Shown here: in pieces, positions 45,600-54,374 of the stretch
Layout of the letters: each line of letters opens with the position of its first letter
Numbering within the stretch: the stretch's first letter is position 1
From: an uncultured Clostridium sp.
GTDB taxonomy: Bacteria > Bacillota > Clostridia > TANB77 > CAG-508
Reading direction: 5' to 3'
Assembly: GCA_948470025.1 (NCBI GenBank)
Contig: CAOKNG010000003.1
Span: 74 to 64,073 of the forward strand
DNA: 64,000 nt
Notes under the pieces: model-generated
Told to the model about the DNA's origin: nothing
Seen by the model: only the letters and a program-made list of their open reading frames with translations
Database searches by the model: none
Translations under genes and position numbers: made by a program

Positions 45600-45699
45600 A
45601 TGATTGTGTTAGTGGCTCTGCCACTTACAAATCATTATATGCGTTAGTTAAATGGTTGTGTTATCGCCTTTGGCGATTACAAATCATTATATGCGTTAG
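45598..45699 (+). repeat. two tandem copies of hairpin repeat family 2
   Basis: AAATGATTGTGTTA-GTGGC-TCT-GCCAC-TTACAAATCATTATATGCGTTAG, then TTAAATGGTTGTGTTA-TCGCC-TTTG-GCGA-TTACAAATCATTATATGCGTTAG. The inner stem covaries. Confidence 0.75.
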
Positions 45700-45719
45700 A
45701 ATAGAGAAAGAGGTGGAAC

Positions 45720-47729
45720 ATGGAAGATTTAGTAGAAAGTATTTTAGATTATGTAAGAAACGACTATACCGATTATGCCATTATGATTAATGGTGAATGG
45801 GGAAGTGGAAAAACCTATTTTTGGAACCATAAAATTAAAAACAAAATAGAATCCATGCAATTAAATGGAAAAAAATATACCACAATCTATATGTCTTTAT
45901 ATGGAATTTCAAACCTAGAAGAAATCAGTAAAAAAATATTCATTGAAACCACACAATTAATGGATAAAAACCTAAAACGATATATGGATGCCAACGAACA
46001 AACCACCATTCCAGAATATGCAAAAACTGGTTTAGATATGGCAAACTTTTTTGGTGTTACCCAAAATGGAGACCATATCGATTATGGAGAATTCTTTTCC
46101 ACCGATGATAAAGTATTATGCTTTGATGACCTAGAAAGAGCAAATGTAGACGTTATCGACATTCTAGGTTATATTAACAACTTTGTTGAACACGACCACA
46201 TAAAAACCATAATCATATGTAATGAAAAAGAACTATCCACCAAATTAAAAAGCAGTAATCTAGAAATGAAAACCTTTATTGCAACTTATCTATTAGACAA
46301 AGAAGGAGATTTAGACAAAGTAAGCGACAAACCAATGGTAGAAAAAATTCAAGACAAAATTGAATATGTATTTGATAAAGCAAACGATTATGAAAGAATC
46401 AAAGAAAAACTAATTGGTGAAACCTTTGAATATGCACCAGAATTTACGTATATCATCAATGGACTATTAATGCGATATGAAAACAATGAAGAACTCATTC
46501 GTTTTTTACGAGAAAATACAGGGCTTATTATTTCTACCTTCAATAAAAGTGGAACGAGAAACTTAAGAATTTTAAAACATGCGCTAAACGACTTTAAAAA
46601 GATATTTGATATGGTAAACAAATATTATCCAAACACCAATAACTTAGTACTACAAACCATGCTTATTTTTACCATAGCAGTATCCTTCGAAATAAAAGCA
46701 GGAAAAATTACCAAAGATAAATTTGTCAATATCAAAGATAACGAAGAATACAAATCCATTTTAGTATCTTCAAGAGTATTATTAACCGATAACCGTCAAT
46801 TCTATATTAAAGAATTTGATAACAACTATTACTACAACTTTAAATCGGAATATCGTTTCATTAAATTTATTGAAATTTATGTACGTACCAGAATTTTTGA
46901 TATGAAAGTATTTAAAGACAATATGGAGGTTATCATTAATACAGTGGATACTGATAAATTACCAGGGTATAAACGATTACTAACCGAAGAATATTGGAAA
47001 ATCAGTGATGACCAATTTGACCATGTAATCGATGAAGTATTAGAAGATGTAAAAGAGGGAAAAATACGATTAATCGATGTAATGAAATTATTTGCATATT
47101 TTAGCTATTTCATAAAAAAAGGGCTTATTCATTATGACATGAGAACCGTAAAAAGCATCTTCTTTAATGGAATGAATGTAGCCTCTCTAAATTCAGAATA
47201 CTGTGAAAATGTAGAAGAAGAATTAGCAGGAATAACCATTGGAGAAGTGAATGCAGATATAGAAGAAGTACTAAAATACTTTAATCAATTAAATGTTCAA
47301 TTAAAAGATAAAATGTATATCGAAAAAGCAGAAGAAATCTTCAAATGTATTCCAATGCGAATGGATTTATTCTATGAGAGATTTGACGAAGAATGTATGA
47401 ACATACCAATTTTTAAATACTATGATGTATTCCAAATGTTCCAAAGAATCTCGTGTGCAAGTAATGAAGACATTATGACGATTAAAGAAAAACTAGTAAA
47501 CCGTGTAAAACTATACCAAGCAGAAATTGAACCAGAAATGAAAAACATCAAACAACTAAAACAATTAATCGATGATTACACCAAAAATAAAGATGCAACC
47601 ATCAAAATTGTTATGCTAAGAGAATTCTCAAAAGACCTAGAATATATCCTAGACCAATACAAAGTCCCAATTCTTGGGGGAAAAAGAGATGACATACAAG
47701 TAGGTGTTCCTAAAGTACAACTAACATAA
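45720..47729 (+). CDS. KAP-family P-loop NTPase
   Basis: INGEWGSGKTYFW Walker A close to the N-terminus, CFDDLER Walker B-like motif, long helical C-terminal region. 669 aa. Confidence 0.75.
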   Translation: MEDLVESILDYVRNDYTDYAIMINGEWGSGKTYFWNHKIKNKIESMQLNGKKYTTIYMSLYGISNLEEISKKIFIETTQLMDKNLKRYMDANEQTTIPEYAKTGLDMANFFGVTQNGDHIDYGEFFSTDDKVLCFDDLERANVDVIDILGYINNFVEHDHIKTIIICNEKELSTKLKSSNLEMKTFIATYLLDKEGDLDKVSDKPMVEKIQDKIEYVFDKANDYERIKEKLIGETFEYAPEFTYIINGLLMRYENNEELIRFLRENTGLIISTFNKSGTRNLRILKHALNDFKKIFDMVNKYYPNTNNLVLQTMLIFTIAVSFEIKAGKITKDKFVNIKDNEEYKSILVSSRVLLTDNRQFYIKEFDNNYYYNFKSEYRFIKFIEIYVRTRIFDMKVFKDNMEVIINTVDTDKLPGYKRLLTEEYWKISDDQFDHVIDEVLEDVKEGKIRLIDVMKLFAYFSYFIKKGLIHYDMRTVKSIFFNGMNVASLNSEYCENVEEELAGITIGEVNADIEEVLKYFNQLNVQLKDKMYIEKAEEIFKCIPMRMDLFYERFDEECMNIPIFKYYDVFQMFQRISCASNEDIMTIKEKLVNRVKLYQAEIEPEMKNIKQLKQLIDDYTKNKDATIKIVMLREFSKDLEYILDQYKVPILGGKRDDIQVGVPKVQLT

Positions 47730-47815
47730 ATTTAGAAAAATTGTCAAAATTACGTATAAAAATTTTTCCAAATCAAATACTAAGATAAATTAAAAAACAA
47801 AAAGGAGGGAAAATT

Positions 47816-48370
47816 TTGAAAGCAACAGGTGTCGTAAGACGTATTGACGATTTAGGAAGAATTGTTATTCCAAAGGAAATAAGAAAAACATTGAGAATTA
47901 AAGAGGGGGACCCTCTAGAGATATTTACCGATAAAGAAGGCGAAGTTATTTTAAAAAAATATTCACCAATTGGAGAATTATCGGAATTTGCAACAGGTTA
48001 TGCAGAAACTCTAGCAAAAACCACAGGACATATTGCATGCATTACCGACAAAGATACGGTTATTGCTGTTTCGGGCGGTTCTAAAAAAGAGTTCTTAGAA
48101 CAAGATTTAAGCCAAGAGCTAGAGCAATTATTAGAAGACAAGGAAGTCTACACCAGTAAAGAAAACAACGAGGTAGCACTTCCAATAACCAAAAACGACA
48201 ATGCTGGGAGAAAATACAATTCTCAAGTAGTATACCCAATCATTTCGCAAGGAGATGTGATAGGAAGTGTAATTCTTTTATCAAAAGACAATAACACAAA
48301 AATGGGAGATACCGAATTAAAAGTAGTTCAATCCGCAGCAGGATTTTTGAGTAGTCAAATGGATATATAA
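47816..48370 (+). CDS. spoVT: stage V sporulation protein T (AbrB-type N-terminus + GAF-like domain)
   Basis: KATGVVRRIDDLGRIVIPKEIRKTLRIKEGDPLEIF SpoVT/AbrB swapped-hairpin motif. TTG start after GGAGGG. Confidence 0.85.
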   Translation: MKATGVVRRIDDLGRIVIPKEIRKTLRIKEGDPLEIFTDKEGEVILKKYSPIGELSEFATGYAETLAKTTGHIACITDKDTVIAVSGGSKKEFLEQDLSQELEQLLEDKEVYTSKENNEVALPITKNDNAGRKYNSQVVYPIISQGDVIGSVILLSKDNNTKMGDTELKVVQSAAGFLSSQMDI

Positions 48371-48371
48371 A

Positions 48372-48400
48372 TGTAGAGGCGGGCCTTGTGTCCGCCTTTA
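48372..48400 (+). repeat. REP-like hairpin, family 1 variant (acts as spoVT terminator)
   Basis: TGTAGAGG-CGGGC-CTTGT-GTCCG-CCTTT. Confidence 0.6.
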
Positions 48401-48608
48401 TAAATTAATTTTATAAGAACCAAGAAAAGAAGAAACACCCCTTGACAATATTTATAATTAAAGGTAAGATAAAGACATAAATAAATATGTACATTGACAA
48501 TTGAACAAGAAAAAGTATTTACAATGCTATTGTTATTTAAATAGAAATAAAGGAAAATGTGCATATTTATGGAAAAAATGTAAACAATAAGAAAAAAGGA
48601 AAAATGTG

Positions 48609-48692
48609 CCTGTAGGGGTTGCATATCATGCAACCCAGAATATGCGAAATATTGTACAAAAAGGACCTGCATAATATACAGACCCCTACAGG
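48609..48692 (+). repeat. REPIN-like element, family 1
   Basis: CCTGTAGGGG-TTGCAT-ATC-ATGCAA-CCC ... CCCCTACAGG. Outer 10-nt inverted repeat. The left half duplicates 6755..6783. Confidence 0.7.
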
Positions 48693-48723
48693 CAAAAAAG
48701 AAACATAGGAGGCAAAAGAGAAA

Positions 48724-49923
48724 ATGAGAAAAGAAAGAAAATTAATAAAAACCGAAAAACCATGTAAACCACATGTAGGGGTCGATGCCCACATCGACCC
48801 GAAAGGAATCACATTAATAGCCCTCGTGATAACCATCATCGTGCTACTAATCCTAGCAACAATTACCATAAACCTAACAGTAGGACAAAGAGGAATCTTA
48901 ACAAGAGCACAGGAAGCAGGAAGAAATTATGAGGAGGCAGCAAAACAAGAAGATGAAGACTTAGCAAAATTTTTAGGAGAAGCAGATAATATCATAGCAG
49001 GAAATACAGGAAGTAGTAGTGGAGGAGCAACAGGAGGAAATGATTCTTCTACAGACAACAACTATACAATGGTAGATGGAGTACCAGTACCAAAAGGATT
49101 TGAACATACAGAAGGAACAAAGGAAACAGGATTTGTCATAAAAGATAATAGTGGAATCGAGACAGACGGAAATGAATTTGTGTGGGTGCCATGTAGTGAG
49201 GACGGAGCTAATGGAAGTATAAAATATGACCGATATGCATTTTCAAGAGATGGATGGGAATTTACACAGACAAAAGTTGGTGAAGAAATAAAGATGAATG
49301 CATATGGAACAGAATATAGTTTTACAGAAACAATATCAAGTATAGAAATAGAACTAAATAGTATTAAAAAATATGGTGGATTTTATATAGGAAGATATGA
49401 AGTAGGAATTGTAGGATATGATGAAGGAGTAAAAACAAGCAATAGCAATAAAGAAACAAATTGGACAGGATATAGTAATGGAAAAGCAGTCGTACAAAAA
49501 GATAAACAAGTATGGAATTATATCACAAGAGATATGGCAAAAACAGTAGCAGAAGGGATGTACACAAACAATAAGGCAGTAACTAGTCGATTATGTAGTA
49601 GTTATGCATGGGATACGGCGTTACAATTTATGGAGACAAAAAATGTAGAATATGCAACGAATAGTGAAGGAGATAATTATTCGGGAAATTTAAGACATAC
49701 AGGAATAGGAAGTACACCGAGAAATAATATATACGATATGGGAGGCAATGTATCAGAATGGACGACAGAGGTTTTTAGTGACGGAGACGGTCCTTGCACG
49801 GGGCGTGGCGGCAATTACGCGAGTGACGCAAGTACCTTTCCAGCAGGTGTTCGTGGCAGTCTTGAAGAGGCGAGCGCGTACGCCTTCATAGGGTTTCGTT
49901 CCACTTTATACGTAGGACTGTAA
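48724..49923 (+). CDS. prepilin-like N-terminus fused to an FGE-sulfatase / C-type-lectin-fold domain protein
   Basis: KGITLIALVITIIVLLILATI pilin-type hydrophobic N-terminus. C-terminal MGGNVSEWT...RGGNY...IGFR motifs of the FGE/DUF323 fold. Confidence 0.7.
   Translation: MRKERKLIKTEKPCKPHVGVDAHIDPKGITLIALVITIIVLLILATITINLTVGQRGILTRAQEAGRNYEEAAKQEDEDLAKFLGEADNIIAGNTGSSSGGATGGNDSSTDNNYTMVDGVPVPKGFEHTEGTKETGFVIKDNSGIETDGNEFVWVPCSEDGANGSIKYDRYAFSRDGWEFTQTKVGEEIKMNAYGTEYSFTETISSIEIELNSIKKYGGFYIGRYEVGIVGYDEGVKTSNSNKETNWTGYSNGKAVVQKDKQVWNYITRDMAKTVAEGMYTNNKAVTSRLCSSYAWDTALQFMETKNVEYATNSEGDNYSGNLRHTGIGSTPRNNIYDMGGNVSEWTTEVFSDGDGPCTGRGGNYASDASTFPAGVRGSLEEASAYAFIGFRSTLYVGL
48774..48800 (+). repeat. 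family 1 REP copy lying in frame inside the leader-coding part of CDS 48724
   Basis: TGTAGGGGTCGATGCCCACATCGACCC, identical core to 27294..27320. It translates as HVGVDAHIDP. Confidence 0.75.
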
Positions 49924-49972
49924 GCTGAAGAAACTACAACTACACCAAAAGAAGTGCAATAAAAATGATATA

Positions 49973-50006
49973 GAGTAGAATGAAGAAGTCATTTTACTCT
50001 ATTTTT
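49973..50006 (+). terminator. rho-independent terminator
   Basis: AGAGTAGAATGA-AGAAG-TCATTTTACTCT followed by ATTTTT. Confidence 0.7.
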
Positions 50007-50128
50007 AAAAACAAAAGAAAACAAGAGAAAACGTAAGAAAAAATATTGAAAAATAATTTTTACCGAAGTTTTGAACTAACAAAAACAAAATCAATTGAAA
50101 AAGGTTCTAAATTGACGAATAAGTCATT

Positions 50129-50156
50129 TTGAAAAATGGAAAAATTATGCTATAAT
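50129..50156 (+). promoter_or_regulatory. sigmaA-type promoter for the large ncRNA / oapA-like unit
   Basis: TTGAAA, 16-nt spacer, then extended -10 TGCTATAAT. Confidence 0.6.
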
Positions 50157-50162
50157 ACCAAT

Positions 50163-50770
50163 TGATGGTGCATTATTCTAGTAATATTGTCTATTACGAG
50201 GGTGGGGCTAAAAATCCACTAAAGGGCATATCGATGAAGTTTCTTGTAGGTGCGCGGTAACGCCCAGTTCTGTGTGCTTGCAGGGAGTAAAGATGATAGG
50301 GAAATATGTAATGGCATACATAGCATTTCCCCTGTTATCGCGGAGGCTTAAAAATAGTTTCGGCTGTTTTTAAGTAAAACCTATATAAAGTGCCAAGACA
50401 CAATATATAGAGTAGCCTGTCTTGAGTGGTAAATTTGGGATTAATCGAAACGGTTTTTTTACTACAATAGCTAAGTAATAAAAAAATTATGATTATGAAA
50501 TTATTATTGCAAAAAAGACTAGTAATAGAGCCAATATTTCAAGGAAAACTTCTAGAGTGTTTGTACTACATTTAAGTACATAAGAACTTAGGGATTAAGG
50601 TGTAGATTTTAGTGGCTGTCTGGTAATCTTTTTTTGATAAAGAGATTATTTTCTTGAAACGGAAACGGCTAAACAGTAATGTTTAGTAGAAAATAGAGAA
50701 ATTCGGCTAGACCTATACTACAAAGTTTACTTAAGTTCTTACCATCTAAATCAATTTTATGAAAAAACAA
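50163..50770 (+). ncRNA. large (~600 nt) structured non-coding RNA candidate, best guess OLE RNA
   Basis: An 860-bp stretch has no ORF of 60 aa or more on either strand. It is locally GC-richer and has many local hairpins (GGGAAAT..ATTTCCC, CTTAAAAA..TTTTTAAG, CAAGACA..TGTCTTG). A long-range helix pairs TAAGAACTTA (about 50581) with TAAGTTCTTA (about 50740). It has its own promoter and is directly followed by a 4-TM protein gene and a terminator. Confidence 0.5.
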
Positions 50771-50784
50771 GGAGAGAAAAAGAC

Positions 50785-51342
50785 TTGAAAGAAAACAAAG
50801 AAAAGAAGAGTAACGACAATATAAAATGGTTTATCGAAGTATTTATCATTACCTTTATATTATCGCTATTTTTTTCATACATATCAACAACCGCCATTAA
50901 TGATATTCCAATGATACCAGCAATTTTCATCTTGCTTGGGGTTATTTTAGTAGGTATTTTATTTGATATTGTAGGAGTAGCGGTAACTGTAGCAGGAGAA
51001 GAAGAATTCCATGCAAGAGCAAGTAAAAAAATTCCAGGAGCCAAAACAGCAGTAAAACTGATTCGAAATTCTTCCATTGTGGCCAATATTTGTGCAGACG
51101 TTATTGGCGATATTTGTGGGGTATTAAGTGGAGCCATTAGCGCGATTATTGCCATGAAAATAACTGAGAGTTATCAAATATCTTTTCCAATTCAATTTTT
51201 GATTAGTGCACTAGTTGCATCATTAACAGTTGGAGGAAAAGCGTTAGGAAAAGGATTGGCAAAGAAGAAAAGTGGTACGATTGTATGGATTGTATCGAGA
51301 CTCATGAAGGTAGTTTGCCATGAAAAAAAGGAAAAACAGTAA
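50785..51342 (+). CDS. small 4-TM membrane protein, OapA-like (OLE-associated protein A) candidate
   Basis: 185 aa, four predicted TM helices, D-x3-D (ADVIGDICG) in TM3. Lies immediately 3' of the ncRNA candidate. TTG start after AAGGAGAG. Confidence 0.5.
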   Translation: MKENKEKKSNDNIKWFIEVFIITFILSLFFSYISTTAINDIPMIPAIFILLGVILVGILFDIVGVAVTVAGEEEFHARASKKIPGAKTAVKLIRNSSIVANICADVIGDICGVLSGAISAIIAMKITESYQISFPIQFLISALVASLTVGGKALGKGLAKKKSGTIVWIVSRLMKVVCHEKKEKQ

Positions 51343-51420
51343 GAGAGAAATAAAACAATGTATTTGCAAAAAGCATGAAATGTAATATAAACTGGCTCTA
51401 ACTCAAAAGAGAGTAAAATA

Positions 51421-51457
51421 ACCTTGTACATTACACAATTAGTATGTACAGGGTTTT
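51421..51457 (+). terminator. rho-independent terminator
   Basis: CCTTGTACAT...ATGTACAGGG followed by TTTT. Confidence 0.7.
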
Positions 51458-51556
51458 GATTTTGAATCCTTTTTTAGTTATCTAAATTTCTAATAGTAGT
51501 ATGTTCAAATATTACAATATGTGATAGAATTAGTAAAAATCAAATAGAAGGAGAAA

Positions 51557-52000
51557 ATGATGAAAATAGAAATAAGTAACAAAAATGAAAATTATCAATA
51601 TATTAGTAGAGAATTACATAGATATAACAATGAAAATGGAAATACACCATATTTTAAAAATAGAAACGATGAACCAAAAGAAAAAGAAGTTTTTGGTTGC
51701 TATGCATTTGAAAATGGAAAAATTATAGGTGGAATGGTAGTATATGAAGTTTTACAGTGGTTACAGATACAAAAAACATTTATTAGCAAAGAATGTAGAG
51801 GAAAAAATGTTGGAACGGATATTTTTAAGAAATTAGAAGAATATGCAAAACAAAAAGAATTAGTTGGAATTCGAGTAGAAACGCTTGATTTTCAAGCAAA
51901 AGGTTTTTATGAAAAGATGGGTTGTGAATTATTGTATGAATTAAAAGACTGCCCAAGAGGAAACATAGAGTATGGGTTTGTAAAGTATATAGAAAGTTAG
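51557..52000 (+). CDS. GNAT-family N-acetyltransferase
   Basis: The size and the segment ISKECRGKNVGTDIFKKLEEYAKQ resemble the acetyl-CoA binding motif (Q/RxxGxG/A). Confidence 0.6.
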   Translation: MMKIEISNKNENYQYISRELHRYNNENGNTPYFKNRNDEPKEKEVFGCYAFENGKIIGGMVVYEVLQWLQIQKTFISKECRGKNVGTDIFKKLEEYAKQKELVGIRVETLDFQAKGFYEKMGCELLYELKDCPRGNIEYGFVKYIES

Positions 52001-52011
52001 GGATAGATAAA

Positions 52012-52824
52012 ATGGATAAAAGACCAATTGGAATATTTGATTCAGGTGTTGGAGGTATGACGGTATTGAGACAAATCAAAAAACACCTTCCAAATGAAGA
52101 CTTGATTTATTTAGGAGATACAAAAAATTTTCCATATGGAGATAAATCAAAAGAAACAATTATTAAATTATCAACAAAATGTATAGAATTTTTAATTAGT
52201 CAAGACGTAAAAATGGTTATTATTGCATGTGGAACAGCAACAAGCCAAGCTATAGAAAAAGTAAAGAAAATATATCGATTGCCAATTGAAGGAATAATTA
52301 ATCCAACAGTACAAGATATAAAAAGAAATGCGATAAAAGAAAACCTCTATATTGGAGTAATTGCAACAGAAGGAACAATTAGAAGTAATAAATGGCAAGA
52401 AGAATTGCAAAAAGAAATGAAAGGGGTAGAAGTAATTAATAAAGCATGTCCATTGCTTGCTCCAATGGCGGAACAAGGATGGATTAATAATAAAGTGGCA
52501 AGAGAAGCCATTAAAGAATATATGAAACCATTTCAAAATCAAAAAATTGATAAATTGATATTAGGTTGTACACATTATCCTTTGTTTTGTGATTTAATAA
52601 GAGAAGAATTGGGAAAAAATGTGGAAATTATAAATACAGGAGAAAAAATAGCAAAATATTTGAAAGAATACTTAGGTAATACAGAAATGGAGAACAGCAA
52701 ACAACATGTAGGAAAAAGCAAATATTATTTAACCGATATAGAATGTAATTTTGTAGAGGTAGCAAATAGATTATTAAAATACGAAACTTTAGAAAAGAAA
52801 ATACAGAAGATAAATATTGAATAG
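52012..52824 (+). CDS. murI: glutamate racemase
   Basis: IGIFDSGVGGMTVL, IACGTAT and LGCTHYP motifs. Confidence 0.9.
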   Translation: MDKRPIGIFDSGVGGMTVLRQIKKHLPNEDLIYLGDTKNFPYGDKSKETIIKLSTKCIEFLISQDVKMVIIACGTATSQAIEKVKKIYRLPIEGIINPTVQDIKRNAIKENLYIGVIATEGTIRSNKWQEELQKEMKGVEVINKACPLLAPMAEQGWINNKVAREAIKEYMKPFQNQKIDKLILGCTHYPLFCDLIREELGKNVEIINTGEKIAKYLKEYLGNTEMENSKQHVGKSKYYLTDIECNFVEVANRLLKYETLEKKIQKINIE

Positions 52825-52886
52825 GACAGGAATAAAACAAATATCCCCTAATATAAATTAGTATAACGAATTTAAAAGGGGAGATT

Positions 52887-53498
52887 ATGATGAAAAAAAT
52901 ACTATCATTTATAATGATACTAGCCATTATTTTTTCTACAGTAAGTCCAGTATTAGCAGCAGATGAATATAGTTTTGATTTGCAATATACAGGAAACCTT
53001 GTAAAAAACGTAGAAAAAGATGCAGTAGTAATATTAACAGGAGTAGCAGGAACCTTGCATACAAGTGTTCAAATTAAAGTAGAAATTACAGGACCTGCTA
53101 CTCCTAAATTACTTGCAACCGATACAGCAGGAGGAGAACATGACATAGCACAGATGGGATATTGGGGACCAACCTCTGGTTTTGCAGTACAAGGTGATTT
53201 TGTTAATAAAACACCAATTAAAGCTACTTTTGTAGAAGAGGGAAATTATACTATTACACTAAGTTTAATTGACCTTGCTAATGCTAATGCAGTAATTGCA
53301 ACAAAAACCTTTGATTTGCAAGTATATGAAGACAGCTTGCCAGAAAATAATGTGATAGATAATACCATAGTAGAAAATATGGTAGAAGAATTACCAAAAA
53401 CAGGAACAAGTATATGGGAATACGTAACTTATTTAGCAGTGTTAACGATTGTATTATGGGGTGTAGGAGTGTATTTCAACAAAAAAAGTGTTGCATAA
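52887..53498 (+). CDS. LPXTG cell-wall-anchored surface protein
   Basis: Signal peptide, then C-terminal LPKTG + hydrophobic segment + KKSVA tail. Confidence 0.85.
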   Translation: MMKKILSFIMILAIIFSTVSPVLAADEYSFDLQYTGNLVKNVEKDAVVILTGVAGTLHTSVQIKVEITGPATPKLLATDTAGGEHDIAQMGYWGPTSGFAVQGDFVNKTPIKATFVEEGNYTITLSLIDLANANAVIATKTFDLQVYEDSLPENNVIDNTIVENMVEELPKTGTSIWEYVTYLAVLTIVLWGVGVYFNKKSVA

Positions 53499-53567
53499 AA
53501 TAAACATGGACAAAACAGTAAAAGAAAAATATAATGGAAACATACCAAAGATGAAAGGGGAAAAGAA

Positions 53568-54308
53568 ATGGAAGAAGAAAATGTAAAAAAAGTACAGAAA
53601 GTAGAAACGAAACATAAAAAAGGAAAGAATACAAAAAAGACAGCACATATTGGATTAGAAATAATAGGGGTTAGTCTAATTATTTTAGTAGCAATTTTTA
53701 TAGGAAATACCATAAGAAAATTCTATATTTTTAACACATATATGGCAGTTACCAATGAATATAGTACAAAAGATAATTACAAAAAGGTACTGATACAATA
53801 TGAGGAAGATGAACTAAATTTTGCAGTAATGGGATGTAAAAAGGATAATAAAATTCTTGTAAAAATGTATTCTGAAGATAATACAAAAACGATTGCCTAT
53901 TATGATGAAAAAACACAAGAATCAATCCTAAAGTTTGATATAGGAAACGATAAAGTGGCTATTGTAAAACAGGATGATAAGCCATCAGTATTTGTATCAT
54001 CAATGGGATATATAGAAAATTTTACAGAAGTGTCAGCATGGCAAAATTTCTTATTGGCTTTACAGTCTAATGTGATAAGCGAAAATTATAAAGGAAAAGA
54101 ATGTTATAAAATAACCACTTATGGCGAAGTTGAGCAATGGGTTGATAAAGAAACTGGTTTAATTATAAGACAATCAAGTGGGTATTATCAATCGAAAGAT
54201 GGAACTATGACACGTCTTTATCATGAGTACACTTATCAATTTGGAACCGTTACCGATGAAGATGTGGCAAAACCAGATTTAACGGGTTATAAAATACAAA
54301 AACAATAA
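53568..54308 (+). CDS. hypothetical membrane-anchored protein
   Basis: Lys-rich N-terminus, a single TM segment and an extracellular domain. Located between the LPXTG substrate and the sortase. Confidence 0.4.
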   Translation: MEEENVKKVQKVETKHKKGKNTKKTAHIGLEIIGVSLIILVAIFIGNTIRKFYIFNTYMAVTNEYSTKDNYKKVLIQYEEDELNFAVMGCKKDNKILVKMYSEDNTKTIAYYDEKTQESILKFDIGNDKVAIVKQDDKPSVFVSSMGYIENFTEVSAWQNFLLALQSNVISENYKGKECYKITTYGEVEQWVDKETGLIIRQSSGYYQSKDGTMTRLYHEYTYQFGTVTDEDVAKPDLTGYKIQKQ

Positions 54309-54374
54309 AGAAAAACACATTAACTTAAGCACATAAATAAACAGGTACATTCATAAAATGAATGGAGGTTATTT

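Noticed and set aside
45598-45699. Tandem ~50-bp repeats considered as a possible mini CRISPR array.
   Set aside because: There are only two units with no unique spacers between them. The units are internally palindromic with a third inverted copy at 55131, and no cas genes are present. They behave as REP-like elements.
45600-45719. Looked for the raiA-motif RNA that often follows comFC in Firmicutes.
   Set aside because: The comFC-downstream spacer is only about 120 nt and is fully accounted for by the two family 2 repeats. No ~200-nt structured element is present.
50163-50770. Considered whether the large non-coding region is RNase P RNA, tmRNA, 6S RNA, SRP RNA or a group II intron.
   Set aside because: It has no GAGGAAAGUCC-type RNase P core. 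It has no tRNA-like 3' end or tag-peptide reading frame for tmRNA. It is far longer than 6S or SRP RNA. There is no GUGYG 5' end, domain V-like hairpin or intron-encoded RT.
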